The notes under the pieces: generated by a model
Databases searched by the model: none
The model's input: only the letters and a program-made list of their open reading frames with translations
What the model was told of the DNA's origin: nothing
Part shown: positions 47,995 through 57,488 of the stretch, one piece after another
Layout of the letters: every line of letters begins with the position of its first letter
How positions within the stretch are numbered: the first letter of the stretch is position 1
NCBI GenBank assembly: GCA_031268175.1
Contig: JAIRXR010000011.1
Span: forward strand, 115,659-179,658
DNA: 64,000 nt
Origin: Puniceicoccales bacterium
Lineage (GTDB): Bacteria > Verrucomicrobiota > Verrucomicrobiia > Opitutales > JAIRKQ01
Direction: 5' to 3'
Made by a program: the position numbers and the translations under genes

Positions 47995-49839
47995 ATGTGC
48001 AGCATAGTAGGGTATGTCGGGGACAGGGATGTGGCTCAAATTCTGCTCGATGGGTTGGAACGTATGGAATACAGAGGCTACGATTCCGCCGGCATCGCCG
48101 GCATCCAGGGCGACGATTTCACAATCGTCAAGCGCCTGGGAAGGGTCAAAAATTTGTCCGATGCCATCGATCCATCTATTCACTTTGAAGGCATCGGCAT
48201 CGGGCATACGCGGTGGTCGACGCACGGCAAGGTTTCAGTAAAAAACGCCCATCCACACGTGAGCTTCGGCGGTCTTTTCACCATCGTGCACAACGGTGTC
48301 ATAGAAAACTACGAATCCATAAAAAATTTTCTCAGCGATAGCGGCTACAAATTTTACTCGGAGACGGACACGGAAGTCTTGGTAAACCTCATAGAATACC
48401 ACTTCAACAAAGAGAAAGACTCTGGCAACAAATTTTTGAGGAGCGTGCAAAAGGCATTGCTGCACGTGAGAGGAACCTACGGCATCGCCGTTCTCTGCAA
48501 GCGCAATCCGAAGGAGATGGTGGTGGCTAGAAAAAGCTCTCCGCTGCTGCTCGGCATAGGGGACAATGAAATGTTCGTGGCAAGCGACGCCTGCGCCATA
48601 GTCGCATACACAAAAAATGTCGTCTACCTGAATGACGGGGAACTGGCCCACATCGCACATTCCGACTTCTCCATAATCACGATGAGAAACGAGAAAATTG
48701 ACGCCGTGAAATGCCAACTCGACTGGGAAATCGAAGATGTGTCGCGGGGCGCATACGAGCACTTCATGCTGAAGGAAATTTGCGAACAGCCGATGGCCTT
48801 GCAAAACGCCATGCGCGGGAGATTTTCCGATGACCTCAGCACGGCAAAATTTGGCGGACTGCGCCTGTCGCCCATGGAACTGCGCCAAGTCGATAGAATT
48901 CTGTTTTGCGCCTGTGGCACGGCCTGGCACGCATGCCTAGTCGCCGAATATCTGATGAAAAAGTATGCGAGAATACCGACGGAAGTGGAATACGCCTCCG
49001 AATTTCGCTACGGCAACATCCCCCTCGAAAAAAACACCCTCGTCTTCGTCATCAGCCAATCCGGAGAAACGCTCGATTCCTTTGCGGCCATGCAGGAAGC
49101 CAAGCGCAAAGGCTACCGAACCCTGGCGATAACCAACGCCGTTGGATCGACCATAGCAAGGGAATCCGATGGTGGAATCTACCAGCATTCTGGGCCGGAA
49201 ATCGGCGTCGCATCGACGAAAGCATTTACGGCACAGGTTTGCGTGGCGGCAATGCTAGCCCTGCTCTTCGGCCGGCTACGGGACATGGGATTCGACGAGG
49301 GGTTCGCATTTGTGCAGGCGCTGCACGAATTGCCGGCAAAAGTCGCCCAAATCGTTGAAAGCAGGGAGGAAATTCGGCTAATCGCTGAAAAATACGCCCA
49401 CTGCGAGGACATGCTGTTTCTCGGGCGCCAATCCATGTTTCCCGTCGCCCTCGAAGGCGCGCTAAAACTAAAGGAAATTTCCTACATTCACGCCGAAGGG
49501 TACCCGGCCGCGGAGATGAAGCACGGGCCAATCGCGCTGGTCTCCGAAAAATGCCCGTGCGTGTTTTTGGCAACGCAGAATGACATTCTGCAGAAAACGA
49601 TGTCCAACATCCAAGAGGTAAAGGCGCGGAACGCCAGAGTCGTCGCCGTAGTGTCCGAAGGCAGCGACCTTTCCAGTGGATTCGTCGATGACCTAATACA
49701 AATTCCACGCACGCACGATGCCCTGAAACCGATCCTCGCGACGGTGCCGTTGCAACTGTTCGCCTACTACATCGCCAGGGCACGTGGCTGCGACATAGAC
49801 AAGCCGAGGAACCTTGCCAAATCGGTGACCGTGGAATAA
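47995..49839 (+). CDS. glmS: glutamine--fructose-6-phosphate transaminase (isomerizing)
   Basis: Ntn start MCSIVGY, two SIS domains, C-terminal ...DKPRNLAKSVTVE. Confidence 0.95.
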   Translation: MCSIVGYVGDRDVAQILLDGLERMEYRGYDSAGIAGIQGDDFTIVKRLGRVKNLSDAIDPSIHFEGIGIGHTRWSTHGKVSVKNAHPHVSFGGLFTIVHNGVIENYESIKNFLSDSGYKFYSETDTEVLVNLIEYHFNKEKDSGNKFLRSVQKALLHVRGTYGIAVLCKRNPKEMVVARKSSPLLLGIGDNEMFVASDACAIVAYTKNVVYLNDGELAHIAHSDFSIITMRNEKIDAVKCQLDWEIEDVSRGAYEHFMLKEICEQPMALQNAMRGRFSDDLSTAKFGGLRLSPMELRQVDRILFCACGTAWHACLVAEYLMKKYARIPTEVEYASEFRYGNIPLEKNTLVFVISQSGETLDSFAAMQEAKRKGYRTLAITNAVGSTIARESDGGIYQHSGPEIGVASTKAFTAQVCVAAMLALLFGRLRDMGFDEGFAFVQALHELPAKVAQIVESREEIRLIAEKYAHCEDMLFLGRQSMFPVALEGALKLKEISYIHAEGYPAAEMKHGPIALVSEKCPCVFLATQNDILQKTMSNIQEVKARNARVVAVVSEGSDLSSGFVDDLIQIPRTHDALKPILATVPLQLFAYYIARARGCDIDKPRNLAKSVTVE

Positions 49840-49843
49840 GTAA

Positions 49844-52429
49844 ATGAAGGATTTTCACAGGCAAATTCTACTGCTTGCACTAATTTTTGGTGGCGCGCAG
49901 TGTTTCGCCGGTCCCGATGAGGCGCAAAATTTCGCCATCGATGGTGATCTTGTTGCCGTCGAAAATTTGGCAAGCGGAAAATTTGCGTCCCTGTTAAACA
50001 GCGGCAATGGGGCGTATAAAGTTGGATTCTTTTCCCTGGCGAAAAAATTTTTCACCGATGCACTGGCCATAAAACCGCTGTCCAATGAGCAAAGGTGCAT
50101 GGCCTTTTCCGGGCTAATCGAATCATGCCTTGCAACCGGAGATTTTTCCGAGATGGCGAACAAATTTGACGCAATTTCGAAGTTGGCAAATGCCGAGGTG
50201 CACCCGAAGGCACACGGCCGATTTTTGGTGGACGCAGCCATTGCCGCGTGCCTAAAGAACGATTTCTCGATGGCGAACAGGATTTTGTTAAAATCGGACA
50301 TAAAAAGCTTCGGCGATTTCGAGCTCGCCTGGTACTATGCCGCCAGGAGCGCCATTTTCGCCGCGGCCATGAACTTTGAAGAAATGGGGCACAATTTGGA
50401 AGAGGCTGAAAAGCACTCCACCTCAACTGATCAAATCGCTCAAATTCAAGCATTTGCCGTCCAATTCATGCTGCAAACACCGGCGAAATCCAGTGAATTC
50501 AGCGGCGTACTGAGCGCGCTCAATGCCCTGTGTAAAAAATACGGATGGCAAAAAAATGGATACCCATTTGTGCGAGCCTACGCGCTTCTGCTAATCCGTT
50601 CCGGAAACGGCAAGGGGGCAAAGGCCGTGCTTGCAGAACACGCGGCGCACGTGGGCGATTCCGATGTGCAGAATTTGCAATCATTCCGCCTGTGTGAGGC
50701 AATTGCCGGTGGTATCCACTCTCCCGATGGCTACGCCATAGTAGGCAATCTACTGCTGTCAGAGGCCAGCGACGAACTGAAGCAGCAGGCTCTGAAATTA
50801 TTGACTATGGCGGCGGAAAACAAAAATCAGCGGCTGGAAGCCATAGGCATGCTGTCAGACCAAAGATTTCAAAAATTGCCGCAGCGCATTAGCCGGCAGA
50901 TAATGCTGACCAAGATGAGCCTCGCCGTCGACGCTGGCGACATGGCTACGGCGCAGAAGGCATGCGAAGAGTTCACATCCCAGTTTCCCGGGGATACTTT
51001 GGTGAAAAATGCATGGGAAGCCATCGCATACCTGGCGTGGCAGCGAGACCCGAAGGACTACCGCATGGCGGCGCATTACTTCGGCAAAGTGCGTGACCTT
51101 GCGCAGAGCGAGGAGGAAAAAATCCCGACCACCATACAAATGGGCAACGCTTTTTACCTCAGCGAGGCCTATGATATCGCTGCCCAGGCCTATGAAGAGG
51201 TCCTCAAAACACATTTGAAACTGGACGGCGTGCAACTTGACAGATTGCTGTGCCTACTTATCCAAGCTGACATCAAATCGGAAAATTTGGCCGCCGCGGA
51301 ACGGCATCTGCAAGCTTTCAAAAAAAATCACAACCTACTCACGGAATACCGATGGCACGCCGAATTATCCTACATAAATGCGCTAATTCACGCAGGTGAA
51401 GCCGACAAAGCCACTGACTATCTGTCGCTGCTGTTGGATTCGTACTCGCCCAGCATTCAGCCATTCTATCTTGTAAAATTCTATTTGCTACAGGCGCATT
51501 CGATGTTTTCAAATGGAAAATACCAGCAAGCGCACATCATGGCCTCGCGCATTTGCGAACACTTCCCCCACAGGAGCAATTCAGCCGAAATCGCCGAAAT
51601 CGTCGCCAGGGCGCTGTTCATCAAGGGGACCTGCGAATTGAAGCTTAGGAATGAACGCGATGGCCTGCAAACCTTCGCGCTGCTCAGAAAAACCTATGCA
51701 AAATTGGATCCGGCGATGCTGTCACACTTCGAAGAGGCGGAATATTTTTATCGCGGCGGTGATGTTTCGGGAGCATGCCAAACTCTACTTGAATGCGCGA
51801 AGGCCGAATGCAAATATTCGCCATTCGCCTACTACAAGTGCGCCGAGTATTACAAATCCCTCGGACTGCAGAGCTACGGCGATGCGATGGCGTGCCTGTC
51901 GGACTTGATCGCGAAATATGGCGACCACGAAATTGCCTATGCAGCGCGGTTGGACATCGCGGATTTACTGCGCATGAGCGGCAGATTCGGTGACGCGGAG
52001 CTGGTATACGAGGAGCTGCTGAAGGATTTTCCGTTCGACCAGAGATACCACTTCACGGAATTTTGCCTCGCAAAAACGATCTTCGCCCAGAAGGCACGCG
52101 GAGAAATTTTCGCCGAACGGGCCCAGGTAGCGCTCGAGCGGCTGTATGCAACGGCCACATTCGACAGATCGCTGCACATGGAAATTGCCGCGACCTACTG
52201 CTTTGTCCTGGATGAAAATTCCAAAGTCGAAGAAATGAAAAGGATCGCCTGGGAAACCTTGCTGGCGACGGTTTCCAGCGAAAGGGAACTGAGCCACAAC
52301 GACATCTACTGGCTGTTGCAAATTGCAAATTTGCTCGCCCAATACGAAGCCTGGGCAACCGGCGACGAGACCGTTGCTCTGCGCAAAATCGTGGAAAAGC
52401 TATGCGCAATCTCCGGAAAGGCGAATTAG
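49844..52429 (+). CDS. large exported helical-repeat (TPR-like) protein
   Basis: 861 aa. Signal peptide MKDFHRQILLLALIFGGAQCFA. Ala/Leu-rich helical repeats throughout, with many A..Y/F..A...L patterns. No catalytic motif seen. Confidence 0.55.
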   Translation: MKDFHRQILLLALIFGGAQCFAGPDEAQNFAIDGDLVAVENLASGKFASLLNSGNGAYKVGFFSLAKKFFTDALAIKPLSNEQRCMAFSGLIESCLATGDFSEMANKFDAISKLANAEVHPKAHGRFLVDAAIAACLKNDFSMANRILLKSDIKSFGDFELAWYYAARSAIFAAAMNFEEMGHNLEEAEKHSTSTDQIAQIQAFAVQFMLQTPAKSSEFSGVLSALNALCKKYGWQKNGYPFVRAYALLLIRSGNGKGAKAVLAEHAAHVGDSDVQNLQSFRLCEAIAGGIHSPDGYAIVGNLLLSEASDELKQQALKLLTMAAENKNQRLEAIGMLSDQRFQKLPQRISRQIMLTKMSLAVDAGDMATAQKACEEFTSQFPGDTLVKNAWEAIAYLAWQRDPKDYRMAAHYFGKVRDLAQSEEEKIPTTIQMGNAFYLSEAYDIAAQAYEEVLKTHLKLDGVQLDRLLCLLIQADIKSENLAAAERHLQAFKKNHNLLTEYRWHAELSYINALIHAGEADKATDYLSLLLDSYSPSIQPFYLVKFYLLQAHSMFSNGKYQQAHIMASRICEHFPHRSNSAEIAEIVARALFIKGTCELKLRNERDGLQTFALLRKTYAKLDPAMLSHFEEAEYFYRGGDVSGACQTLLECAKAECKYSPFAYYKCAEYYKSLGLQSYGDAMACLSDLIAKYGDHEIAYAARLDIADLLRMSGRFGDAELVYEELLKDFPFDQRYHFTEFCLAKTIFAQKARGEIFAERAQVALERLYATATFDRSLHMEIAATYCFVLDENSKVEEMKRIAWETLLATVSSERELSHNDIYWLLQIANLLAQYEAWATGDETVALRKIVEKLCAISGKAN

Positions 52430-52445
52430 CGTGAAAATATTTTCC

Positions 52446-53357
52446 ATGGCCATTTGCATCCTTTCAATTTCCTGCGCGAACGCCAGTGGCGGCGACATTT
52501 TTACGGCCGGCGAGGCCGTCGCGCTGGGTATCACCCAGGGAGCGACGGAATTTCTGCCAATTTCGTCCACGGGACATTTGATACTGGTGGATAAGTTTTT
52601 ACTTAACCATCGGCTGGAAGAATTCGGCGATGGAGAAGATGTGGCGGCGTCCGCACTGAGGGCGCGGGGCAAAAGTTCCTATTTCTGCATAATTCAGTGC
52701 GGGTCAATTTTGGCAGTATTGCTTCTGTACAGGAACCGCTTCCTCCAAATGGCCCTCAGCGTGCTCGGTAAAGATTGCCGCGGGCGCAAGCTAGCAATCA
52801 ATTTGATCGTTTCGTTTTTGCCAGCCGCACTGGTTGGCCTCGCCGCCGACGGATGGATCCAGAAAAAGCTGTACGGCGAAATTGCCATTTCAATGGCACT
52901 GCTGATCGGTAGCGCGATCATGCTCCTCGCAGAGATGGCACACAATAAAAAATCCGAAGCGAACTTTGTTTCCATCGAGGATCTGACCGCACGGAAGAGC
53001 TTCGCCATAGGCTGCTGGCAATGCCTGGCCCTCATCCCTGGGATGAGCAGATCCATGGCGACAATCGTCGGTGGCTACGGATGCGGACTGCGCAGATCCG
53101 ACGCCGTGGAATACAGTTTCCTACTGGGCGCATTGACGCTGGCTGCAACGGTTATGTACAAGTGCGCCAGAGACTTCGACGCAATATTCCTCTGCCTGGG
53201 CGCTGGAACATTTTTCATGGGAATTGCAATAGCCTTCGCCGTATCGGCCGCCACAATCAAAATTTTCACCGCATTCGTCGCGCGCCACGGCACCTACGTT
53301 TTTGCCGCATATAGAATAGTTTTAGCGATCGCAATTCTGTGCAATGCGCTGGCATAA
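52446..53357 (+). CDS. uppP: undecaprenyl-diphosphate phosphatase
   Basis: GITQGATEFLPISSTGHL motif, PGMSRS motif, polytopic. Alternative GTG start at 52431. Confidence 0.85.
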   Translation: MAICILSISCANASGGDIFTAGEAVALGITQGATEFLPISSTGHLILVDKFLLNHRLEEFGDGEDVAASALRARGKSSYFCIIQCGSILAVLLLYRNRFLQMALSVLGKDCRGRKLAINLIVSFLPAALVGLAADGWIQKKLYGEIAISMALLIGSAIMLLAEMAHNKKSEANFVSIEDLTARKSFAIGCWQCLALIPGMSRSMATIVGGYGCGLRRSDAVEYSFLLGALTLAATVMYKCARDFDAIFLCLGAGTFFMGIAIAFAVSAATIKIFTAFVARHGTYVFAAYRIVLAIAILCNALA

Positions 53358-53472
53358 ATTTATCCAAAGCTGCGAATCCAAGCGCATGGAATTCGCAGTG
53401 GAGCAGTATGTGTAAAATTTCTTGGGAAAATTCTTGATTTTTACCGCTCACATCCTATCTCCTGAAATGGTC

Positions 53473-53709
53473 ATGGCCAGAATTTGCATAGTGACCGGAA
53501 AGGTCCGATCGGTGGGTTGCCGCATAATAAGGAAGGGGCAATCCAAGAAAAGTGGCGGCATAGGAACGCACGTCGTAAAGCGGACGAAGCGCCTATTTAA
53601 GCCAAATTTACAGCGCATACGCGTGATGCTTCCCAGCGGGCAGGTCAAGCGCGTTTGGGTTTCCGTGAAGGCAATCAAGGCGGGACTGGTCCAAAAAGTT
53701 GTGTCCTAG
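53473..53709 (+). CDS. rpmB: 50S ribosomal protein L28
   Basis: MARICIVTGK...G..VSHA-type core (here GCRIIRKG...), KRLFKPNLQ motif. Confidence 0.85.
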   Translation: MARICIVTGKVRSVGCRIIRKGQSKKSGGIGTHVVKRTKRLFKPNLQRIRVMLPSGQVKRVWVSVKAIKAGLVQKVVS

Positions 53710-53765
53710 GATAGCCTAGCGGGTGGATAGCTGTTCGTTGCCTGTTCAACACTCGAGAGGAATGC

Positions 53766-55043
53766 ATGCTATCACTTGAAGATCTGCGCAGTAACACCGA
53801 TGCCATAAAGAACGGCGTCCAAAGGAAAAAGTTTCGGTGTGACATCGACGGCTTCCTAGCAGTCGACTCAAGGCGCAGAGGTTGTATCGCGGAGTTTGAG
53901 GAATTGCGTGCGAAGCAAAACGCTGCCAGCGGCGGCGTGGCATCCTTTCCAAAGGGTTCTCCGGAGTTTTTGCGCGCCACTTCCGAGTTAGGGGAGCTGT
54001 CCGCAAAGGTGAAGGATGCGGAAGCAAAAGTCAGGGCAATCGGAGACGAATGGCAGGCGCTCTACTTGACAATTCCCAATGTCCCACACGAATCCGTACC
54101 TGACGGTAGAACGGAAAAGGACAACGTTACCGTTTCGGAATGGAATCCGAGCGGAGAAATTTCCAAATTCGCGGTGGCACACTATGACATCCCGTGGTTT
54201 TCCAATGCCATAGATTTTCAACGCGGCACAAAGGTATCCGGCGCCGGGTTTCCTTTCTACGTCGGAAACATGGCACGCTTCGTGCGTGCACTACTGAATT
54301 TTTTTCTCGACGAGGCGAAAAGCAACGGCTACGTCGAATGCCTGTGCCCGATTCTCGTGAATCCGGCGAGCGCCACGGCCACTGGTCAGCTGCCGGACAA
54401 GGAAGGCATGATGTACCGCGCCGCGCTCGACGATTTGTACTGCATCCCAACCGCCGAAGTTCCGCTGACGAACTTCTTTCGCGGTGAAATTTTCGATGAA
54501 AAAGATTTGCCTATTTTCCGCTGCGGCTACACGCCGTGTTTCCGCCGCGAAGCAGGAAGTTGGGGAAGGGATGTTCGCGGATTAAATCGCCTGCACCAGT
54601 TCGACAAGGTCGAGCTGGTGAAGTTTGTCCATCCGGACGAAAGCTTAGGAGAACTGGAAAAATTGAGGGCGGACGCGGAAAGGATTCTTCAAAAGCTCGA
54701 AATTCCATACCGCGTGCTATCCATTTGCGCTGGTGACATCGGATTCGCACACTCGAAGCAATACGACATAGAGGCCTGGGCCGGCGGGCAAAAACGCTGG
54801 CTCGAAGTTTCCAGCTGCAGCAATTTTACCGATTTTCAGGCACGCCGCGGTGGAATAAAATTTCGATCAAAGGCTGGTGGTAAAGTCCGCCACGTGCACA
54901 CGCTGAATGGATCCGGGTTAGCCATTCCCCGCGTATTGGCGGCGATTTTGGAAAATAACCTACAAAGCGATCTTTCAGTCGCCGTGCCCTCCGCCCTCCG
55001 CCCCTACGTCGGCAAAGAATTTTTAAAATTCGCGGCACTATGA
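53766..55043 (+). CDS. serS: serine--tRNA ligase
   Basis: N-terminal coiled-coil arm and class II motifs (…FRREAGS…, …GSGLAIPRVLAAILENN…). Confidence 0.95.
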   Translation: MLSLEDLRSNTDAIKNGVQRKKFRCDIDGFLAVDSRRRGCIAEFEELRAKQNAASGGVASFPKGSPEFLRATSELGELSAKVKDAEAKVRAIGDEWQALYLTIPNVPHESVPDGRTEKDNVTVSEWNPSGEISKFAVAHYDIPWFSNAIDFQRGTKVSGAGFPFYVGNMARFVRALLNFFLDEAKSNGYVECLCPILVNPASATATGQLPDKEGMMYRAALDDLYCIPTAEVPLTNFFRGEIFDEKDLPIFRCGYTPCFRREAGSWGRDVRGLNRLHQFDKVELVKFVHPDESLGELEKLRADAERILQKLEIPYRVLSICAGDIGFAHSKQYDIEAWAGGQKRWLEVSSCSNFTDFQARRGGIKFRSKAGGKVRHVHTLNGSGLAIPRVLAAILENNLQSDLSVAVPSALRPYVGKEFLKFAAL

Positions 55044-55246
55044 CCACCGCAGCACCAGGTAAAAATTCACAGCCTCGCAATATTTTTTCGACTATTTTCC
55101 AGTGCATCTTCATAGGAATATTCATTGCAGTCTTCGTGGCCTTGTTTGTTGGCGGATACAAAGAAGATCGCCGAAAAAAGGGCGACGCGGATGCCATTGA
55201 AATGTTTTTTCAACAATCGGAGAACACTCTCCGGCCTATTTCGTGA
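55040..55246 (+). CDS. small single-pass membrane protein (hypothetical)
   Basis: ATGA overlap with the serS stop. One clear TM helix (IFSTIFQCIFIGIFIAVFVALFVGG) followed by a basic patch. Confidence 0.35.
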   Translation: MTTAAPGKNSQPRNIFSTIFQCIFIGIFIAVFVALFVGGYKEDRRKKGDADAIEMFFQQSENTLRPIS

Positions 55247-55592
55247 AAAACCATGATTTGCAGGAAAAATTGGAATACGCGAAATTCGCCGCTGATTTGA
55301 TCATCAGGGGTTCCGCACACAGTGGCTTGAACCGGCACAGAATAAAGTATGAAGTTCCGCTACGCATCGTCCCAACGCGTACTTTGAAAATTGACCGATA
55401 AGGACCTAAAATCTCCGACGGAAGATATTTAGAGCTCCGGCGGACAGAGGACATCGTTCTCGCCCACATCGCATCCGACGGGAACGCGAATTGTTCAGCG
55501 GACAACGGGCAAGGATTAATTCGCAGATGAAGATGAGAGCCCCAAAAACAAAAAGGCAGGCAGCCTTGTTACACTTCTTTCGAAAGTCGCCA

Positions 55593-57347
55593 TCAGCCGA
55601 TGTAGGGCCAGCACACCTCCAAAATTCTCGTCAGTGCAGCTCCAACCGCTATGGAGAGAATGAATGTCCCGCACCACAGCGAAAGCGCTACCTTCCATCC
55701 CATTTCCTTTAGGATGACAATTATGGCGTTGATGCAGGGAACGAATAGGCTCACAACGACAGTCGCAGTTACGATTTGAACATTTGTTAAAACTTCCTTC
55801 GCCATGTTCAGAACCCCAACGGATGCGAAATCCCTCCTTATGATGCCCATCACGAAAACATCGGCGAATTCCTTCGGTAAGTGCAAAAGATTTTCCACAA
55901 TCGGAGCGAGTGCCGATTGCAATCGTCCGAGCATCCCGATCCTATGCAAAACGGCGATGACAATGGAACTTACAGCAAATATGGGCAGTGACTCCAGCAG
56001 AAAATGCTTCGCCTTATGGAACGTCTTTCTGCAGCAATTTTTTAGCGAAGGGATGCGAAGCGGGGGCAAACTTTCAACGAACTTCGAGGGACTGCCCTTG
56101 AAAAAATAGCCCAATATTTTTCCACTGGCCACCATCAAAGTCAGCATCGTCCCGAGGTAGATGAACCACACAGCGACGTTTCCCACGGATGCCAACATGG
56201 CAACGATAATTCCCTGCTGCGCCGCGCATGGAACGCATATTCCTATCATCGCCGTCACGATGATTCTCTCCTTTCGCGAGCCCAAAATCCTCGTCGCCAT
56301 GGTCCCCATGGCCCCGCATCCAAATCCGAGCAGCGTTGGAATTATCGCCGAGCCATTTAGTCCAAGAAAATTGTAGCCCTTGTTGGCCAAAGTGGCCAAT
56401 CGCGGGATATATCCGGAGTCCTCCAGCGCGGACATGAATACGTAAAATCCCACGATCAGAGGGAACAATATGCCGAACACCATCTGCACGACCATAGTCA
56501 GCACGCCGAACTCACCAACGAGTATTTCTGAAATCATACCATCGCCGAAACCGGCCATTACAATCTTTGAAACAAACGGCACGTACCACCTGTCGATGGA
56601 CGCAAGCAGGTGGTCGACGACAACACCGGAAATGAATACGCCCAATATCTTGAACAGCGCGAACAGGATCATGATCGCGATGGGCCATCCCACAATCGGG
56701 TTTATCAGAAGCCTGTCTATTTTTTGATACGGAGGCGGCACGACTACATTCGACGACATGCATCTGGCGGTGATGTCCTCCACCCTAGCGGCGCTGCAGC
56801 AATTCGCAAGCAGTGGGCAATGGCAGTGCCTGTGCACGGCGGAAATAATCGCGCGCATGATTTCATACCTGCCGATATTTTTGACCGCCACTGCCTCCAC
56901 AACGTCGAGATTGAGCGACCTGGTAAGCTCTTCGAGGTCGATGGAAATTCCGCGTTTTTTTGCCTCATCAACCTGGTTAACGACGAAGACCATTTTCTTG
57001 CGCGTGTTCAATAGTTGCAGCGTAAGAGTCAAGTCCCTGTCCAACGTCAAGGCATTGACGACGTTCACTATCACATCCGCCTCTTCTATGCATTCTTTTG
57101 TTATTTTAGCGGCCGGAGAATCTTCGGAGATGTCGTAGATTCCAGGGCTATCTATGAGTTCCCCGAAATGCAGCTTGGTGCTCGCGAAGGCAACGCTCGT
57201 CCCAGGATAATTGCTGATTTCCGCGTATTTCCTGGAAAACATGTTAAAAATTGAAGTTTTTCCAACATTTGGGTTGCCGACGAGCACTATTTTGTACCTT
57301 TTTTTCAGCGCACAGCTGCCGCATGCCATGTGTGTCTTCGGGTCCAA
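55593..57347 (-). CDS. feoB: ferrous iron transport protein B
   Basis: N-terminal G-domain (GNPNVGKTS, DSPG) and a C-terminal polytopic gate domain. No feoA is visible nearby. Confidence 0.9.
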   Translation of the reverse strand: MDPKTHMACGSCALKKRYKIVLVGNPNVGKTSIFNMFSRKYAEISNYPGTSVAFASTKLHFGELIDSPGIYDISEDSPAAKITKECIEEADVIVNVVNALTLDRDLTLTLQLLNTRKKMVFVVNQVDEAKKRGISIDLEELTRSLNLDVVEAVAVKNIGRYEIMRAIISAVHRHCHCPLLANCCSAARVEDITARCMSSNVVVPPPYQKIDRLLINPIVGWPIAIMILFALFKILGVFISGVVVDHLLASIDRWYVPFVSKIVMAGFGDGMISEILVGEFGVLTMVVQMVFGILFPLIVGFYVFMSALEDSGYIPRLATLANKGYNFLGLNGSAIIPTLLGFGCGAMGTMATRILGSRKERIIVTAMIGICVPCAAQQGIIVAMLASVGNVAVWFIYLGTMLTLMVASGKILGYFFKGSPSKFVESLPPLRIPSLKNCCRKTFHKAKHFLLESLPIFAVSSIVIAVLHRIGMLGRLQSALAPIVENLLHLPKEFADVFVMGIIRRDFASVGVLNMAKEVLTNVQIVTATVVVSLFVPCINAIIVILKEMGWKVALSLWCGTFILSIAVGAALTRILEVCWPYIG

Positions 57348-57396
57348 AGTGATGATTAAAAGGAATGAGTGTGGAGGGCTAAGGCAATGATAAATT

Positions 57397-57438
57397 CGAA
57401 AATTTTCGCTCCGAAATTTTCGAGATTTTTAAAATTTT
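57397..57438. promoter_or_regulatory. cluster of A/T palindromes in the divergent feoB/proS intergenic region (candidate operator sites)
   Basis: cgaaaattttcg (57397-57408), cgaaattttcg (57412-57422) and aaaatttt (57431-57438), all read directly. Confidence 0.3.
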
Positions 57439-57488
57439 ATTTTTCCATTGAAATTTCGCGCCGTTCCCTCATAAATACCGCCGTTTCA

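Noticed and set aside
48235-49864. 231-aa and 212-aa minus-strand ORFs (48235-48930 and 49226-49864)
   Set aside because: Both are antisense to glmS. Their translations are Arg/His-rich and low-complexity.
55247-55592. Possible RNase P RNA, tmRNA or SRP RNA in the long feoB-downstream gap
   Set aside because: I could not find GGAAAGTCCGG-type (RNase P) motifs, GGAAGCAGCC-type (SRP) motifs, or a tRNA-like 3' end with a tag ORF (tmRNA) on either strand.
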